In this document: one piece after another, positions 11,176 through 22,593 of the stretch
Layout: every line of letters begins with the position of its first letter
How positions within the stretch are numbered: position 1 is the first letter of the stretch
Source: Eremomyces bilateralis CBS 781.70
Lineage: Eukaryota
NCBI GenBank assembly: GCA_010015585.1
Contig: ML975152.1
Strand: one strand, 5' to 3'
DNA length: 64,000 bases
Made by a program: the position numbers and the translations under genes
The notes under the pieces: generated by a model
Told to the model about the DNA's origin: nothing
What the model saw: the letters and a program-made list of their open reading frames with translations, nothing else
Database searches by the model: none

Positions 11176-12780
11176 ATGCCTCGTGTGAATGAAGTCGCTA
11201 TACAGCTCGCTATACAGGCGTTTCATGATGAAAAATTCAATTCCCTAAACCAATGTGCGGATGAATACGGCATCAAGAGATCAACGCTTCGCTCCCGACT
11301 GAATGGCTCAATATCCCACCAGGATGGAGCCAAGAGGTTTCAAAAATTGTCTCCAGATCAGGAGAAATGGCTTGTCGAATGGATTATAGAAGAAGACGTC
11401 GCCGCCAGGGCTCCTTCGCACGCAAGAGTCCGTCAAATGGCGGAAGTAATCGCCAGAGAAAATGGAGATGACGCTCCTTGCGGCAACCATTGGACGGAGG
11501 GCTTTATACGACGAAATTCCCAGGTAAAAACTATGGTAGGACGATCGATCGAGGCCTCTCGCGTAAATTGCGCATCAAAAGAGGTTATCCAGGAGTTCTT
11601 TGAGACCTATCGACGCGTTTGTACGAAGTACAATATCAAAATCGCCAACCAATGGAACTTCGATGAACACGGCCTCTCCCTTGGATGCGGGACCAACGGA
11701 AGAGTAATCGCCCCTGCTCAGACTTCGTCCAAAGAACGTAAAAAAGGCCATACGTACGTCGAATCGCCAGAGGATCGCGAATGGGTCTCGGTTCTTGGGG
11801 CCATCTCCGCGGCCGGCCGCACAATCTCCCCCCTGATCATTTTCAAAGGAAAATCGGTCCAATCTTCGTGGTTTCCACCACAGGAGAAAGATATACCAAA
11901 TTGGCACTACATGAGCTCTGAAAACGCGTGGACTTCGAACGAAATCGGCCTCCAATGGATGGAAAAGAAGTTCTTGCCCGAGAGCAAGCCCCTAGACTTC
12001 CCCGCGGACGAATGGCGGCTTCTAGTGTGCGATGGACACGGTTCTCACGCTACAGTAGAGTTCATGAAGTTGGCCAAGGAAAACCGAGTATTTCTTTTGT
12101 TTCTGCCCGCTCATACGTCTCACCTCCTGCAACCCCTAGATGTTTCGGTGTTTTCGCCCCTGAAGTCAAAATACCGTAAAGAATTGAGTCAATTGTCATC
12201 TCTTGACGACTCAGCGCCTGTAAAGAAGCATAACTTTATATCTATATATCATAAATCACGAATACAAGCCTTGAATATACATAATATCCGTGCGGGATTC
12301 CGTGGCACCGGCATGGTTCCGTACAACCCCGAAAAAGTCCTGAACAGCACCCAATTGAACGAGAATCACGTAATACAGCATCCTGTAACACCTGAGCCTA
12401 CTTTTCCTACATTGTTTCATACACCAAAAGGGCCCCAAGACGTATATCTTCAAAAATACGATGGGATGGGGGGGAGGGATTTCCGGGGGTTTCAAGGGAA
12501 TGTTGCGAAGGCGTTTTCGGCGAAGAATACAGAAATCGCACAGCTGAAGGCGCAGATCCAGAGACTTCAGAATACAGTGACAGATCTAGGCGGTCCTATA
12601 GGGAAAAAGAGGAAAAGAGTTCAGCCCGATCTGAACGAAAGATCCGTTCAACTCGATCAGATCGTTCATGCGCAAAAGGCGGAAGAAAAGGCCACGAAAC
12701 GACGAATGAGCGCGGAGGAGACATCACGGAAATTACAGGAGGCTACTTTCGAGTCTATGTGCTTTGAATCCCAAATTTAG
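11176..12780 (+). CDS. Fot1-family DDD transposase (HTH_psq-like, CENP-B HTH, DDE_1), 534 aa
   Basis: YGIKRSTLRSRLNG, QKLSPDQEKWLVEWI, WNFDEHG, LVCDGHGSH, FLPAHTSHLLQPLDVSVF. The 2nd and 3rd Asp are separated by 35 residues (DD35D). Confidence 0.96.
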   Translation: MPRVNEVAIQLAIQAFHDEKFNSLNQCADEYGIKRSTLRSRLNGSISHQDGAKRFQKLSPDQEKWLVEWIIEEDVAARAPSHARVRQMAEVIARENGDDAPCGNHWTEGFIRRNSQVKTMVGRSIEASRVNCASKEVIQEFFETYRRVCTKYNIKIANQWNFDEHGLSLGCGTNGRVIAPAQTSSKERKKGHTYVESPEDREWVSVLGAISAAGRTISPLIIFKGKSVQSSWFPPQEKDIPNWHYMSSENAWTSNEIGLQWMEKKFLPESKPLDFPADEWRLLVCDGHGSHATVEFMKLAKENRVFLLFLPAHTSHLLQPLDVSVFSPLKSKYRKELSQLSSLDDSAPVKKHNFISIYHKSRIQALNIHNIRAGFRGTGMVPYNPEKVLNSTQLNENHVIQHPVTPEPTFPTLFHTPKGPQDVYLQKYDGMGGRDFRGFQGNVAKAFSAKNTEIAQLKAQIQRLQNTVTDLGGPIGKKRKRVQPDLNERSVQLDQIVHAQKAEEKATKRRMSAEETSRKLQEATFESMCFESQI

Positions 12781-12853
12781 CTATACAAAAATAAATGATG
12801 GGCGTTGAATTACGCAAAATCTGTCTTATACTGTGTGGTGTTGAAGTTTTGAG

Positions 12854-12882
12854 GGGGTGCACGAAAACGGTGGTCGCTGACT
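12854..12882. repeat. Right TIR of the Fot1-like element
   Basis: GGGGTGCACGAAAACGGTGGTCGCTGACT is the reverse complement of the left TIR at 27/29 positions. Confidence 0.88.
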
Positions 12883-13367
12883 TACTGGGATTATAAATCA
12901 GTTCCAAATCCTGAGAATTGCTCGGACCGAATCGCTCCCCGACCCGGGGCAGGAATTGTCAGCACGCCCGTCCACCGCGAAGCGTTTAAACGCGCGCTGC
13001 CTAAACTCGTCTGGGCGAATACGTGGTTCCCTGTCGTCGTGAGGGCTTATCATTGGGTATATTTGGATATTAGGAAGTCTTATCCCAGTGAAGGTCCCAG
13101 AAAAAATGGTGGTGTACGGTCTGCATTTGGAGATTCGTGATTTCTAAGACGTGGAATGCCACTGCGAAAATCTCTCCATGTCTATGCTTTAGAGATGGTT
13201 GAATAGGGTAGAGATATGTGGCGTGCCATTGCAGAATGGAGTATATAAGTACGACGCCTTCACGCTTCTGGTAGTATCAGAGCATCCCAAGACAATTCGA
13301 CCATACCACTAAAAATCCATCATATCGAACCCCCAAATCCAGCCTTTGTTTCACTTCGACAGCCAAA

Positions 13368-13988
13368 ATGAGCGAAACCAACCCTCAACCATTGAAGGTC
13401 GCCATCATCATCGGCAGCATCCGCGGCCACCGAGTCAGCCCTAAAGTGGCCGAGATTGTAAAGAACCATATCGACGAGCAAGCCACCGCGTCTAACATCG
13501 CCCTGACCCTCGTCGACATCAAGGCCTTCAACCTCCCCGTTCTCGACGAAGACCTGGCGCCCGCGATGATCAAAGCCGGCGAGCACAAACACGCGCACTC
13601 GCGAGCATGGAGCGCGGAAATCGCAAAGTACGACGGCTATATCTGGGTGGTCCCGGAGTACAACAGCTCGGTGTCCGGCGCGGCGAAGAATGCGATAGAT
13701 TATCTGTACAACGAGTGGACTGGGAAAGGCGCGGTGGTGGTGAGCTATGGCATCTTTGGGGGGTTGAAGGCGGGGGAGCACTTGAGTCAGAGCCTGCAGA
13801 TCATGAAATTGAAGGTCGCGGAAACAAGGCCGGCGTTGGCGTATCATGGGAATGTCGGGCCGGATCTCACGACCGGGATGACCACGGGAGAAGTGGCTGA
13901 GGCGACGAGAAACGACTGGGAAGGAGAGAAAGTGAAAGGGGAGGTGGTGAAGGCATTTGGGGAACTGGTGGGACTGATCAAGGTATAA
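13368..13988 (+). CDS. NADPH-dependent FMN reductase (flavodoxin-like, Lot6/SsuE family)
   Basis: KVAIIIGSIR, DGYIWVVPEYNSSVSGAAKNAIDYLYNEWTGK, VVSYGIFGG. TATATAA-like box near 13242. Confidence 0.93.
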   Translation: MSETNPQPLKVAIIIGSIRGHRVSPKVAEIVKNHIDEQATASNIALTLVDIKAFNLPVLDEDLAPAMIKAGEHKHAHSRAWSAEIAKYDGYIWVVPEYNSSVSGAAKNAIDYLYNEWTGKGAVVVSYGIFGGLKAGEHLSQSLQIMKLKVAETRPALAYHGNVGPDLTTGMTTGEVAEATRNDWEGEKVKGEVVKAFGELVGLIKV

Positions 13989-14311
13989 ACAATCAACACG
14001 GGCGATTAACACGGAGAGCATGGGTTTTAGCTTAAACTGAATGGAGCTTAGATTGAAAATACAAAGGGTTTCCCCCTCCCTGACCCCCCGCCAAGGAGGC
14101 TCTTGTCTCCGCCAAGCGTAAACACTCCCCGCCGTTCAAGACGCTATGGATTGTAAATGACTGTCGTCGAGTTGGAGCGAGTGAACAAACATACCAACTT
14201 CTCCCGACCACGGGGTGGGCCCACCGACCCCTACTGTGGGCTGGAACTGGGGACGATCCAGACCCTTGATCACATTAGCCGGGCATCATCACTTTCTCGG
14301 CACGATTAGAC

Positions 14312-15397
14312 TTACGGGTTGAGGCCGGTGGTCACCTGCGGCGGGTTCAGCTGTTCCTCAGTCGGGAAGATCCGCCCCCACTTTTGCCAGCGGGGCTCGA
14401 GGACGGCGATCGTGATGGTGAGGGCGACCAACACGAACGCGACGAATAGCATCCCCCACCTTTTCTCGCGGTAGGCGGGGTCAAAGAAGAAGGTGTTGAA
14501 GAGGCCTTTGAAGCTCTTCAATGAACTCGCCTGGGACTCCAGGTCTTCGGTCGACGGCGGAGACGGCTTGGTTGGTTGGGCCGTTTGTGGCGGAGGAGAG
14601 GGTGGTGGAGTTATCATTGGCAGCGGCAGCTTCAGGGGTGGAGGAAGTTGTTGTGGTGCAGGCGTGGCGTTCAATGCATTGACGAGATCAGGTGGAATGA
14701 CCCAGAAGGATTCGGCAGTGGAAGTGACGCGACCAGGTTTGATTGGAGGTGCGATTTTTACAATTGGTTTATTGCGAGTGATAGGAGTAGGTACAGAATC
14801 GATGGTCTCAGTTTGCTTCTCGGAAGTGATAGAGGTAGCTGCAGGATCAATGGCCCCAGTTTGGTTCTCGGGAGTGGTAGAAGTAATTGCGGTATTCGCG
14901 GGATCAGTGGTTCCGCTTCGCTGCACAGTGGTAGTGGGATCGGCTGCTTTAGTCGGCTGCGCAGTGAGAGCCGCATCGGCGTCCTCAGTTCGCTGGACAA
15001 TGGAAGCGGCACTGGCGCTCACAGTTCGCTGCGCCGCCGCAGAATCAGGGGCATAGCTCGACCTCATATCCATAACTTTATCAGTGGCGACAGTTGCCGC
15101 ATCGGATTCAGAGTCCCAGAATCCCGGCGGAGCAGGAGCAGCACTGATAGCCACAGTTTGTTGGACGGGAGGGCCCGCATCGGCCACCCCAGGATCAGGG
15201 GCAGGTCCGTCCGTGACAGTGACATCAGTGGTGACGATCGCCGTATCGGCAATGTTTTCAGCAGCAGGTAGATCTTCTATTATCATTTTTAGCGCTGTTA
15301 ACTATGTGACTAGATGAGTGTTTGTTGTGAACTAACCTTCATCCACCTGATCATAGTATGACCCGATACCAAGGCGCGAGAAGGTAATAGAGTTCAT
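14312..15397 (-). CDS. Hypothetical Thr/Ala/Pro-rich protein with a single C-terminal transmembrane helix; intron 15295-15336
   Basis: 324-codon ORF extended by a short first exon (MNSITFSRLGIGSYYDQVDE) through a 42-nt GT-AG intron. Hydrophobic stretch WGMLFVAFVLVALTITIAVL near the C-terminus. No family recognised. Confidence 0.65.
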
Positions 15398-15701
15398 GAT
15401 GGCTCTGAGAGAAAATACGATTTCTGAACTTTGGATTTGAAACTATTAGATTGTAAAACAATGACAGTGTGTGTGCGAGAGGTAAAAATAAGAGTGATTG
15501 ATCAAGAGAAGCAGTGAGAAGGATGTTTTGTGCAAGACGGAAACTAGACTGATCGATGGGAGACGCGCTAAGGCGCTAATCCAAAACCCAATACTGTAAC
15601 ACATCACCACATAACTGAATAGACAAACAGGAAGCAATGCTACTAGCGTGAGGGGGCATTAAAGCAGAAGGGCTGTCTACTGGATGCTATGATGACCAGC
15701 A

Positions 15702-16647
15702 TTAAGCCTTCAAATCCCCAAACATATCTTCAAGGTGCTTGATCATTTTCTCCTGCAAAGGACTTGGGCCATCTCTGTTCCCCGAGAAGAATGGCACACC
15801 CAGTCGCTCCAGTCTGACGGAGAAGGCACTGTACATATCCTGGGATGCCTTGTACACCTTTTTATCGTACTGCCTTAATTCCACTTCTTTTTCCTGGGGA
15901 TTCTGACCTTGGTTAATGGAGATCTTCCTGTGAGCTGGACATCACCTACCATCGGTGCAGACGGCGCTATTGAGCCACCAATAGAACGGCTATTCTATAT
16001 TAGATATGTAGATATGCATCTATCTGGTAGAGGCTTACAAAATTGCGTCTAGTTTCGTCGTGTTCTCATCCCTCGACGCTTGCTTGGCCAAGAGTGCCTC
16101 GCGTCCGTTAAACCTGGTGTCAGGTCAGCACTATATATGTACATTGATGGAGATGGATACACACCATTCAACTTCATGTGTTTGCTGATCCGCCATTAAC
16201 TTGGTTGTGTCAGTGCTATCCTTGACGTACAAGAGCCAGAACATATACCTGCTTAACGGTTCGTTCAAACTCGGGGTTTAATGCAGCAAGCCGACTAACA
16301 TGACGTAGACCTGGTCCCCATTCTGTAATAGAAGATGCATCACCCAAGATTTGTGATTCCCGCTGACTGGACGAGTGACCCGGCTCATAAGGCCTGCAAT
16401 TGCTGGAAACGTTTGTATGCGAAGGAACACGCGCAGCTTGGGAGCTTTCTGGCTGATTGAAAGACTGTGAAGGATATTGTTGCTGAAAGGAAGAAATACT
16501 TGGAGCAGAAAGAGAGTGGGATCCGTTTGCGGACGTGTTCAGCGAGGTACCATATGGCGGCGCGGTTTGCGATGGCTGGGGATCGGGTTGATAGGCGGCA
16601 AGGTCACGGAGAATCTGGGCCAGATCGGGCGTGTTTGGATTGCTCAT
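15702..16647 (-). CDS. DUF2458-family fungal protein; introns 16200-16248, 16114-16164, 15990-16038, 15903-15949
   Basis: Spliced product reads ITEWGPGLRHV...VKQ|LMADQQTHEVEW|FNGREALLAKQ...|RSIGG...|ELRQYDKKVYKASQDM...LERLGVPFF, the characteristic pattern of this family. Confidence 0.82.
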
Positions 16648-16994
16648 GGTGTGCTACCATCTCAGACAAATATCCCAGTCATGTAACTAGAGTATCTAGG
16701 ACCTAGGTAATCAATTACAGTGGCAGATGGTGTACGGATCAATTCGATATTTCATCATTGTCTGGCATTACCACTCACTCTCCATTGATTCGATGGAGGT
16801 TGAGCAGCACGTGACGTGCAGGGATATCAAGCCTTTAGCGGGATCAAACCACCCGGAGTATTACCGCAATTCAACCGACGATGATTGGCCCAGAGCTTCA
16901 TCTCAGAAACTTTCCACCCTCCATCGTCGGCGTCCCTAGATCACGCGATGATACCGCGTCTCCAAAGGACGAAGTCGGTTCGTATCTTGCAGCA

Positions 16995-17785
16995 ATGCCG
17001 CGGTCAGTAACAGACGCCACGCGATTCACCCCCACCACCCCGTTTGCCGAGTCCAAGACGACCCTCCGGAACACCACCATCGACTTCGGCGGTCCCGCTC
17101 CGCCGAATGAGTCTCCCAAGGAGAAGGTCGTGCGGTTGAGGGAGGCGGCGAGGAGGGCGAAGCTTGCGAAGGAGTCGACGTTCGATCGGGTTGTGACGAG
17201 GGGGCGCGTCGTTGCGGATTTTGCTCATCGAGCCACGACGTGGAGTCTGATTGGCTTAACATGTAACGCGGCATCATCGGTATTCTGATCGACTCCATGC
17301 TAATTGACGAATTAGGTATTGCTTCGGTGGTTACGGTTGCTGCCTTGGTCAATCTAGCGTACTTCAATCGAACGAAGAAGGCGGAATGGCTGGCGAAGCA
17401 GAATGCGAAGCGGGCGAAGGAATTGGGACTGGCATATGAGGCAGAGGCACAAGGCGCGGCTACGAGCGATCATATACTGTTGATCAGTCAAGAGAGGGCA
17501 AAAGCGGAAGCGGAGCGAGACCTTCAAGCACGGAAAGGCCTCCTTGGCCAGGCAAAAGAATCTCTTTTCGGTGGGCTAGCGAAGGAAGAATCACCGTCAC
17601 AGTCTCAGACACCGATACAAGATGCGGTGTCACACCTACCCAGCATACGAGAAGAGAAGTCGGCGAACCAGGCTTCACTAGCCCCGTCGCAGTCCCCGGG
17701 ACCTCTTGACCAACTGGCCGCGAACACAGCGACCGACCTCTCCAAAACTTCGAAGACCTGGTACCAACGGATCACGCGGCAATGA
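16995..17785 (+). CDS. Cytochrome c oxidase assembly (COX14-domain) protein; intron 17263-17315
   Basis: MPRSVTDATRFT N-terminus, ESPKEKVVRLREAARRAK, DRVVTRGRVVADFAHRATTWSLIGLT|CIASV transmembrane segment. Confidence 0.72.
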
Positions 17786-17937
17786 GCACCTCCATAACTG
17801 TATCTGTACATGTTCGATCAAGGCACCACTCGGGACTAGCAAGGGCGGATAGCATTGCGCACGGCGTTTGGGGTTGGAAAATCTACTGGGACCGAGGAGA
17901 TAGAGGGACTTCAGTTGGCGCCGACGTGTAACATATA

Positions 17938-18557
17938 TCATTGATCGCTCCGGCTAGATACTGGAATGTAATTACGCCTCTCCCGTGCAGTCTGTTGATG
18001 TTAGCGTATGATGGAGAGTCTGGAGAAGTTGACGTACCTCCGTCCATTTGTCGACCCATGGCCGCACTGCCGCATATCCCAGAAGCCCAACCGTCACAAT
18101 GATAAACAGTAAGACCACCGCCTGGTCCTTGGCCGAGTCTCGTTCTATGCCGCTGGTCAGCCCGATCTACGCATGTCGAAACTGAACATACGGAAACATG
18201 TCGTGACGACATCATCCTCCGTCGCGTCCTTGCATATCGGTAGATTATAATCCAGGCAGAACTTCTTGTTGCAGCTCGAGCATGTCCCCGACCCTTTCTT
18301 CGGGTCGCGAGCGAGAGAAAGCGGACCGGATCGAGCGGTGGTGGAGGGCTTCGAGCCGTCGAGAGCGATGATTGTGCTATTCGAGAAGCATGTGCATTTA
18401 CAGAAGGATGTGGCGGCTATTAAGACGGTTAGCGATAATCCTATGTCGAAGGCGTAGTGTACTTACAAGCTGCGTCAACTATGGTGCAAAGGCTGAGGAG
18501 GACTGCGATGCAGCAGAGGATAACCGCGAAGTTGAGGCGGGGATACTTCCTCGCCAT
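17938..18557 (-). CDS. Conserved small Cys-rich fungal membrane protein of unknown function; introns 18417-18466, 18145-18191, 17992-18037
   Basis: Absent from the ORF track; found by hand-splicing. MARKYPRLNFAVILCCIAVLLSLCTIVDAA (signal), SFCKCTCFSNSTII, CSSCNKKFCLDYNLPICK, TTCF|QRDSAKDQAVVLLFIIVTVGLLGYAAVRPW (TM). All introns are canonical. Confidence 0.85.
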
Positions 18558-19249
18558 GATACCTAGGCGCACACTGGAAACAGATAAGTGTGTCCTCTCA
18601 TTTATGCATCGTTTCGTGTCTTGAAGTGTGGAGGTTATTGCCGCAGCTTAAGCTGATATCGAGACTCGAGAGCATATCGATGATACAATACGCAACGCAG
18701 ACCAGACCTGGACGCGTAGTTAAGGCATCAAGGCATCAACATTTGCACTTCGCTATCAGTTTTGACCAGGGAAGATATTGTTTAGATATTGGGTGATTGG
18801 GTACGATTATATCTCATATTATACCAAATTCACCTAGATCCATATTCTACGAGATCCATATTCTACGAGATAAAATATGGCTTCTCTTCTATTATTAACG
18901 AGCATGATCGACCCAGGAAAGCATAGCTGGTACCTGTGGACGTTTCAACTGTCCCTATTCATGCAACTGTCCAAAAACATGTAGGCGGTAGAAATGCTGA
19001 AGAACAGCACTCCTACTAGCTTGCCATGAATAGAGAGGTTTGCAAGATGTGGTCTAATATATTGAAGGCTTTTACCCCCTTCTTCATTCAATGCTGCCTC
19101 TCAAAGCTAAGAGCAGCGATGAGCCATCCTCTCCAGCACGTCGCCATGTCCAACCCCGTGTCGAGAAAATCGGCAGGTTTATCCTAGCTCTTGCTCTCCA
19201 GGTAGTGCACTATCCAAGTTCCAGGCGACCTCCGTAGGTAGCCTTGATA

Positions 19250-20106
19250 TTACTCCTTATTCCCACCTACAAGAACCTGTACGGCTATGAAGGCAAGGAG
19301 CAGCCACCAATACCTATATCAACTTCGTTAGTCTCTGGCACAGAATATGTAAATCACTCGATAGGGAGAACTTACTTCTGCAAGAATGTCTTCTCCTCCG
19401 GCCCCTCCGCGCCTTCAACTCTCCCATCAGGATTCAAAGTCACCGGCGCATTCAACACAGGTTCCGCCCCTGGATTGGGTCCTTTTATCTCTACCACCAC
19501 CTGCGCCGGCTCCTCTTCCACTGTCACGGGCAATTTCTCCCCCGGCTTCAGTTTCCCTTCCTTCCTCAGCCTGGTCCTTTCTTTCCGCGCCTTCTCTTTG
19601 GCCTCGGTCTTCGCCCGTGCCGCCTCCCGTTCCAGTCGCTTCTGGCTCTTCGGCTTCGAAGGTCCCGTCGGCTTCTTCTTTTTCTTCTCCGGCGCGGAGA
19701 TAGTCGCGCTGTGGAGTTCGGTGCGCCAGAGCTCGCCGTGCTCGTCGACGTGCAGCACAATTCGCTGGCGTTGACCGGGGGCGAAGATGACGCTGGAGGC
19801 TAGGGAGGAGGAGAAATGCTTGGTGCGGTCGAAGTGGCCGATGCGGAAGAGCGACGCATCCTCGCTCCGTACATCATCCGTAGGGGCAATGGGCGAAGTG
19901 AAGGATTTTATCTCCGCCTTGTGCTGTGGAGCGACATCTTCGCCTGAAGGCGTTTGTGCTGTGGAGTATACAACGGTTGCAAAGGGCGTCGGAGTGGGAG
20001 CAGATGTCGGCCAGGCATGGAGGGTTACGGTCTGACTGGAGGCAGCGGAGACGGTGGAGACGAGAGCGGAAAGGAAGAGGGCGGCGAGGCGCATGTTGGG
20101 CGCCAA
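19250..20106 (-). CDS. EMC10: ER membrane protein complex subunit 10-like; intron 19314-19375
   Basis: Signal peptide, PVLNAPVTLNPDG, then PEEKTFLQK|YWWLLLAFIAVQVLVGG C-terminal TM, the EMC10 signature. Confidence 0.78.
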
Positions 20107-20481
20107 TGGATCGCGTCCAGCTATTCCATCAAGCGACGGTGGGATTCCTGTGGAAAGTACTAGGACGTGACAGCGACAAAGTGATAAAGTGTCCTATGTT
20201 GATAAACTTAAGGAATCGTAGTGATCTGGTGCGGTTGATCCGCAGCTTGTGGAGCTGCCCCAATCCAGCCAATGGCAACGCAGCATCATTGGAAATATCA
20301 CATTTCAGGCCTTCACGGTTACAAACGCAATCACTTCTGAAATCCCATTTCTTAAATCGGATGCTATTCATTCATAGTACTTTGCACTACGACACCATAG
20401 TATATTGCAAAAAAGTGTGTTGTCATAGGGTACGAGACATCAACAGAGCAGCCCACGCTGTGCATACTACCTCTATCCACG

Positions 20482-22593
20482 ATGAGGGAACAGGTATATC
20501 AGGGTACGATCAGAGAAAGAGCTCGGAGCAGAGTCCACCAACTATGCCAGGACATTTTGGCAGGGTCTGGAGGCTCAGATTACTCCCGCCAGCAGGTGGA
20601 AGATGCTGTCACCGCAGCCTATCTGGAACGGATAGCCTCCCTGTGTGCTGATCCAGAGCAAAGAGTACGATGTAGTGAGTTGTTGGAACAAGTCCTTCAA
20701 CTCTATGACCCCTCTTCCCATACGGAGAAGCTCTCGTTCCAAGTGCTGCGGTTTGTGGGAAATTGTGTAGCGGACAACGGTATGGCCATACTATGAGCGG
20801 GCATCGCCTCTGGTGTTCGACATTCGATCATTCTAACTCGTGTATCATAGACGACAATCGGACGATAACACTACAACATCTGGACCAACTGGTGCAAAGT
20901 TTGAGTGTGCCATATCTACGCACCATCAGTATCCAAGTACTGCAGAACCTCACACTAGACTTTCGTAGGTCCCGCTGCTGTCTGAACTCCGTGGAAAGAA
21001 GAAGCTGACGTCTCTAGCACCTGCACAACGGCAGCTAGCCCAACTTGGAGTTCATTCAACTATTGCCAGTATGCTCGTAAAGGAAGGTCCCAATGATAAG
21101 GACAATTCCGCCCACATAGAGCTGATCACCACCGTCCTTGACCCAGTCGACACCCGTGAGGCTGTCATACAGGATAGTAAGAAGGCTCGGTCCTTTTTCA
21201 AAGATCTTTTGACCTGTGCCCTACAGTCGAGTTCGCATCTGGAACTATTCGATGCCGGCCATGCGCTGTCATTCGTGTTCCCTGATCCTCAAGGATTCCT
21301 TGCGGACGAGAACCTGTTTTCGCTGTTCGCTCGATATTACGCACACTTAGCTCGTGGGTATGAGAAGATTCTTGCCAGGCCGGAACTCTTCACAAGTGAT
21401 GGAGAAGAGGAATACGGCATCAAAGAAGGCTGGAAGGAGGTAATAGAAAATGTTGAAAATCATCTCGCTGACGCTGCATACGATTACAAGCCACCGCCAT
21501 CGGAAAGTCTTGGGATTTCGATAGTGTTCCAAGCAGGTTTGGATCTTATCACGAATCCGAACCAGCACTGCACAGTTGGCGGTTGCATAGTCCTCGGAAA
21601 TGTGGTGCGACACGATGATCGAAGTCAGAAAATGGTCGAGGAGCATGGTATCCACAAGATAGCTTTAGGATTTATGCGACCGGGATCAAGCACGAGCCTG
21701 CTGCATGCTGCTTCAGGCCTTCTGCACAATTTAGCAATTTCTGCTCCGAATAAGGAAGCCATCGGTGCTGCTGACCCGGTTGGTGGAATACTCGCCGCAA
21801 TCACGCTGCTTGAAAAGGGTCCGGATCCTACTCTTATCAATTCTGGATTACGGCTCCTGTCCCCACTCCTCGACGACTGCAGTCGCAATGCAAAGAAGCT
21901 TGTCGATCATCCACAGGAGACTGAACTGAAGTACATCGATACTGTGCTGTCATGCGCAGACATTCTTGATGGAAGTTTTCGACACTCTGTGGCTCATCTG
22001 CTGCATGAGACGATCAGATCGCTGTTGGAGGAGGAGGAAGAGGCCCTTGATAACTTGTGTAGGCGATCAAAGGTACTCCAGATCTTAATCCAGCAGGCTC
22101 TTTCAACCGACACCGAGCAAGAGGTTTCGACTATTGAATCTTGGCTTGCACTCGCCTTGCTGTCTACCTCAAAAACCGGATCGAAGTCCATCGTATCGGT
22201 TTTGGATTCAGCGGATGGACAACAGAACTCGCCTGGGTGGGATCGGTTCTTGAAAGTGGCCAAGAACATGCTGGAGCGAGAGGAGCCGAAGTCTGAGACG
22301 AAAACTGCTTCTGACGTTGCCCTCGAAGCCACGAAGAGAAACGTTCTCTTGCTCTTGAGCAAGCTTCTGGAATCAACTGTATGTTCTTGCTTATCCGCCC
22401 CTCTCCCAATTCCAAGCATTAGCAACCTGAGGATGACTAACCTGTGATCTAGGACGACATATCAACTCCATGGCAGACGGAAGCGGAATCCATGCTATTA
22501 AGTGGAATGGAAGGGTTGGAAATTGAGGGAGTTGAGGGAGTTGAGGAAGTTGAGGAAGATGAGGAAATCGAGAGATTCCAGCTGGAGACATGA
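20482..22593 (+). CDS. Armadillo-repeat GTPase-binding protein, Bem4/SmgGDS (RAP1GDS1)-like; introns 20780-20850, 20965-21017, 22379-22452
   Basis: LRFVGNCVADN|DDNR, GCIVLGNVVRHD and LLHAASGLLHNLAISAPNKEAIG ARM motifs typical of this family. Introns are canonical and in frame. Confidence 0.8.
22522..22566 (+). repeat. Coding 9-bp degenerate repeat (GTTGAGGRA) giving the acidic tail IEGVEGVEEVEEDEE
   Basis: Seen directly in the last exon. Confidence 0.75.

Larger units (their letters stand above)
11054..12882 (+). mobile_element. Full-length Fot1/Pot2-like (pogo, Tc1/mariner superfamily) DNA transposon, about 1.83 kb
   Basis: 29-bp TIRs at 11054-11082 (AGTCAACGACCCCCGTTTTCGTGCACCCC) and 12854-12882, with 2 mismatches. 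TA follows the right end and CA precedes the left end. Contains an intact transposase ORF. Confidence 0.93.

Noticed and set aside
18837..18871. 16-bp tandem duplication GATCCATATTCTACGA
   Set aside because: Two copies only; ordinary slippage with no evidence of function.
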